Shown: one piece after another, positions 63,353-64,000 of the stretch
Layout: each line of letters opens with the position of its first letter
How positions within the stretch are numbered: the stretch's first letter is position 1
NCBI GenBank assembly: GCA_907165135.1
Contig: OU015568.1
Location: 9,238,001-9,302,000 of the forward strand
Origin: Oikopleura dioica
Taxonomy: Eukaryota; Animalia; Chordata
Reading direction: 5' to 3'
Length of the DNA stretch: 64,000 nt
Made by a program: the position numbers and the translations under genes
Notes under the pieces: model-generated
What the model saw: the letters and a program-made list of their open reading frames with translations, nothing else
The model's database searches: none
What the model was told of the DNA's origin: nothing

Positions 63353-63682
63353 AAGCAGCTTGTGCTTATGATGAGGATGATTCTACTTTGTCAACTTGTG
63401 ATTCATCCCTTTTCCTTTCTGATTTCAAATCATGCTCTAAGATTTAGAGATTTTTCATTTCAATCCTTCAGTTCAATCTTTTTTTCCATTTTCCAATTCT
63501 GATTCAATCTCCTTGATTAAAAATGAAAAAGTTTCTCGAACATGTTATTATTTACGCCGTCGGAGAGACAGCTGCATGAACCGGTCAAAAGAGTAACACG
63601 GCGACCAATAAGAAGATCACAATTTCAGCGACTGCAGATTTCGAGAACAGAAAAAAAGACTCACTTTTTATCATTTTCAGAG

Positions 63683-64000
63683 ATGGGCTCGGACCGGGAC
63701 GTTTCAGAGAAGAGGGATTTTTCACCGAAACTCGAGAAACTGAAACTCTTCCTTGAGAAAAATACGAAAAAACTTGAGCGAGAAACGCAGGAAAATCTCA
63801 ACAGACAAAGGGAAGCGGAGAAGGAGCTTGTGAGAGTAAGGTTTTTGAATTGGGCAATTGCCAAGTCTGGGCAAGAAAATCTGCTTTACAGTCAAAAATA
63901 TGCACTGGAAGAGGAGAATCAGGTGACCAACATATTCTTTTACGTAGGGTGATCATTTCTAGGAGCCACTGGACATTGATAAAGTAGAAAAAGTTCTCCA
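63683..64000 (+). CDS. Coiled-coil protein, 5' part (runs off the window)
   Basis: ATG after a TTTTCAG acceptor; E/K/L-rich heptads; GT-AG introns. Confidence 0.5.

Overview
Eukaryotic, gene-dense, short-intron DNA. It is most consistent with a larvacean tunicate (Oikopleura-like), inferred from 40-90 nt introns, frequent GA/GG/GC donors and the gene content. Genes from left to right: a classical calpain; a large secreted Lys-rich repeat protein (possible house protein); three tandem ISG12/IFI27-family genes; two tandem Nedx/lms-type NK homeobox genes in a long regulatory region; a Cys-rich/Kelch-like secreted protein; three E2-fold genes lacking the catalytic Cys; ANKS3; RanBP2/Nup358; a furin-like convertase; HGD; a BAAT/ACOT-family enzyme; a peptide-type GPCR; PPP4R1; and PTER. 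Several non-autonomous DNA transposons are present, with 8-bp, TTAA, 3-bp and 9-bp TSDs. The main finding is a recurrent class of hairpin (TIR-bounded) introns in conserved genes. These restore the homologous reading frame only if the intron starts with a non-G base (TT/AC/AA/TC...AG), or equivalently ends one base before the AG's G. They sit within a wider set of hairpin introns with GA/GG/GC donors. This suggests transposon-derived, structure-defined introns that have lost the near-universal +1 G. All gene models were read by eye, without transcript data.
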